A stretch of DNA of 44,592 nucleotides from Escherichia phage BEK1-1, in sequence record MN158212.1; one strand, written 5' to 3'. The notes beneath the pieces are model-generated. The model was given only the letters and a program-made list of their open reading frames with translations. It did no database searches and had not been told where the DNA came from. This document shows, in pieces, positions 42,277 to 44,592 of the stretch. The position numbers were made by a program, and so were the translations under genes. Positions within the stretch are counted from its first letter, which is position 1. The number at the start of each line of letters is the position of its first letter.

Positions 42277-44592
42277 ATGGCAATTTATGACTTAGGAACC
42301 GCCTCGCTGGCCGCAAATGGCGAGGTAACTGGCGTGGGGACAACATGGAAAGCACCTCTTACACTGATCAGGGTTGGTGCAACTATCATTTTTAAAACTA
42401 ACCCACTAAAAATTTACACCATCTCTGAAATCATCAGTGATACGCAGATTAATGTTTACAATCCTAATTCTGAAACAGTTCCGGCTGGTACGGGTTATGC
42501 GATTCTTGCGCACGATGGTATTACGGTTCAGGGTTTGGCTCAGGATGTTGCGGAGACACTTCGTTATTATCAGAGCAAGGAAACTAGCATTCAGAGCCTT
42601 CTTGATTTCATTGGTCAAGATTCTTTTGACTGGCCTAGATTCGAACAATTAGCAAAGCAGTCAGTAACAGGTGCTGCCGAGGCTTTAGCTAGCCAGATTG
42701 TCGCAGCAGAGAGCGCCGCTACTGCTGTTAGTGCAAGAAACATAACTACAGCCGCAAGAGATGCAACTATCGCGGCCATTGATAGCGCTGGGGACGCGGG
42801 TACTATGGTTGCTCTCGCCGGGATGGGAATTAGCGGAACAACGCCACTTCTAACATCGCTTGACTGGGATACATTTAATTTCAACTCTGGCTCTCGTTAC
42901 CTATGCCGGGTATCATCGATGACCAACGCCCCGGAGGTGATAACATCAACCTTCCCATCTGAGGCAGTTTGCATAATTGAAGTGAAATCAAACAGAGGGA
43001 TCAATGGTCAGAAAAACTTCCAGATTTCAGCAAACACGTCATCTGATAACCTGTACAGGGTCATTGACTTAAACCAGATTGTAACGGGCGGTGTGCGCTC
43101 CTATGTATCTAGGGAGGCTCTGTATGTTGCTTCTGGCTCTAATGCTGGTGGCGCAAGCGCAGAACGAGTAAGGGGGTTGCTTGATGTTTATTCAAAAAAT
43201 GAGACTTTTCAAAAATCATTGAATTTCTCTGACGTTGAAAATAAAGCCACAGCAAGAAATAATCTTGATGTTTACTCAAAGTTAGACATTAACTCAAGAG
43301 ATGGCTATTCAACTAATCTTGCGGAAGTTACTTCAGGGCTATCAAGCGGTATGGCAACTATATCTAAGTCCTTGGTTATCTCCGATGGGCTTTCGGTGCC
43401 TTCATTTGCTGAAATATCAGGCGATAAAAACTTTAGGGCTGGTTTTATTGGAGTTGATTATAGAAAGAACAAGACGATAAGGAAAAGTTCAAACTCTACA
43501 GTTACATTATCAAATCAGGATTCCAACGCAGGCAGTCAGGTTGTTGACGCAGTTCTTTACCAGGACCCAGCGTGGCCTTTTGCTTCTGTTTACCCGCAGA
43601 AGACAACAATAAAAAATCTAACAATTGAGGGTAACTCGGCTGCAAGCAAGAATCAGGCAGCGATTTACATCCTACAGGCAGGCGTTGCTGAAATTGATGG
43701 CGTAGATACTATTAACTGTAAGTATTCAGTGTGGTCAAAGGATATTTTTCAGACGCGCATTAATCGCGTTTTCTCTAACGACGGAAAGATAAGGCTGGAT
43801 AACGGAACATCAGTTGTGATTTCTAACTGCGGGCTTGCATCATCAGACACGGAGAGAACTGGAGCCTTTGACCTTACCGGAATGAAGTACTCAACAATGA
43901 TTAGCTGCACTTCAGACCACACGACAAATACCGCTTATTCAATCAATGCGTGTGAGGGTTTAAGCATGATTTCATGTGGGTGTGAAGCATCAGGAACAAC
44001 TACACCAAATTCAGGAACGGCGATTGCATTTAGGGATAACAATAGGAATATCTTTGTTAGTGGATTCTCATGCTTACCTGTACCAGATCAAGGGCCTGCA
44101 TTGGTTAGCTTCGGATCTAACAATGATATCAACCTTACTAACTTTCAAGTCATACCAGGAATAAACTACTCATCTGACTTCTATATTGCTGGCCCTGGAA
44201 ACAACATCGTTATCAATGGCGGTCGTTTTGGGCGTTCTGGCGGCTTGATGCCTGTTGTGACAGCTAGTGGAAGCGCAATTGGATCAAGGATTACATACAA
44301 CGCATCAAACGGCGTAACTTATGATTACGTAGTTTCCGCGCCTGGAGTTGTAAATCCAGTGCCGAGAAAAAGCGCAATAACTTCTATTCTAGTAAATGCT
44401 GAAGGTAATGTGATTAGAGGGTCCGGGGCTTCATGCGTGAGAGAGGCTAATGGAACGTACCTTGTAACTCTTGATTATTCAAATGGAATTACTGGCGCAT
44501 CAGTTGATTTGTATGGTTACATTGGTTTATCTTCATTTGTGTTTGTTGATAACAACAAGATTAGGGTTAGCGTAACAAATACAGGAGGAACA
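42277..44592 (+). CDS. tail fibre / tailspike-like protein, 3'-truncated by the window end
   Basis: Frame checked open over 42277..43200 and 43201..44592 by manual translation (at least 772 codons); N-terminus MAIYDLGTASLAANGEVTGVGTTW...; C-terminal part Gly/Ser/Asn/Thr-rich with repetitive short beta-strand-like segments. Confidence 0.5.
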   Translation, partial: MAIYDLGTASLAANGEVTGVGTTWKAPLTLIRVGATIIFKTNPLKIYTISEIISDTQINVYNPNSETVPAGTGYAILAHDGITVQGLAQDVAETLRYYQSKETSIQSLLDFIGQDSFDWPRFEQLAKQSVTGAAEALASQIVAAESAATAVSARNITTAARDATIAAIDSAGDAGTMVALAGMGISGTTPLLTSLDWDTFNFNSGSRYLCRVSSMTNAPEVITSTFPSEAVCIIEVKSNRGINGQKNFQISANTSSDNLYRVIDLNQIVTGGVRSYVSREALYVASGSNAGGASAERVRGLLDVYSKNETFQKSLNFSDVENKATARNNLDVYSKLDINSRDGYSTNLAEVTSGLSSGMATISKSLVISDGLSVPSFAEISGDKNFRAGFIGVDYRKNKTIRKSSNSTVTLSNQDSNAGSQVVDAVLYQDPAWPFASVYPQKTTIKNLTIEGNSAASKNQAAIYILQAGVAEIDGVDTINCKYSVWSKDIFQTRINRVFSNDGKIRLDNGTSVVISNCGLASSDTERTGAFDLTGMKYSTMISCTSDHTTNTAYSINACEGLSMISCGCEASGTTTPNSGTAIAFRDNNRNIFVSGFSCLPVPDQGPALVSFGSNNDINLTNFQVIPGINYSSDFYIAGPGNNIVINGGRFGRSGGLMPVVTASGSAIGSRITYNASNGVTYDYVVSAPGVVNPVPRKSAITSILVNAEGNVIRGSGASCVREANGTYLVTLDYSNGITGASVDLYGYIGLSSFVFVDNNKIRVSVTNTGGT

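Overview
The window reads as most of a T1-like (Drexlerviridae-type) siphophage genome. From left to right: a recombination block on the minus strand (SSB, ERF-like annealase, PD-(D/E)XK exonuclease); a short plus-strand block (Rha-like regulator, Cor-like lipoprotein, a 311-aa Gly/Ser/Thr-rich protein); a long minus-strand structural block (lambda-like J/I/K/L/M tail tip, tape measure, G/GT chaperone with a -1 frameshift, major tail, connectors, capsid, scaffold, portal, terminase); a tRNA-Arg(UCU); an array of small early genes; a plus-strand early operon containing a P-loop protein; a lysis cassette (pinholin-like holin, SAR endolysin, unimolecular spanin); and a replication block (two HNH-AP2 endonucleases, HTH-metallophosphoesterase, VRR-NUC, DExH helicase, Zn-ribbon primase), ending in a tail-fibre gene that runs off the window. 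The most striking non-coding signal is a promoter-like module present in at least 15 copies: a 20-bp dyad box AAATAGCAC(G/T)AATTGCTAAA, a fixed 20-nt spacer, a TATnnT hexamer and a conserved leader. Other candidates are a duplicated AT-rich (ATA)n element at both divergent control regions, and a paralogous protein pair in which one copy carries a P-loop NTPase insertion. All functional calls are by eye from motifs and gene order, with no database search. Coordinates of small motifs may be off by 1-2 nt; CDS coordinates are anchored to the supplied ORF track, with starts moved to internal ATGs where an RBS supports it.
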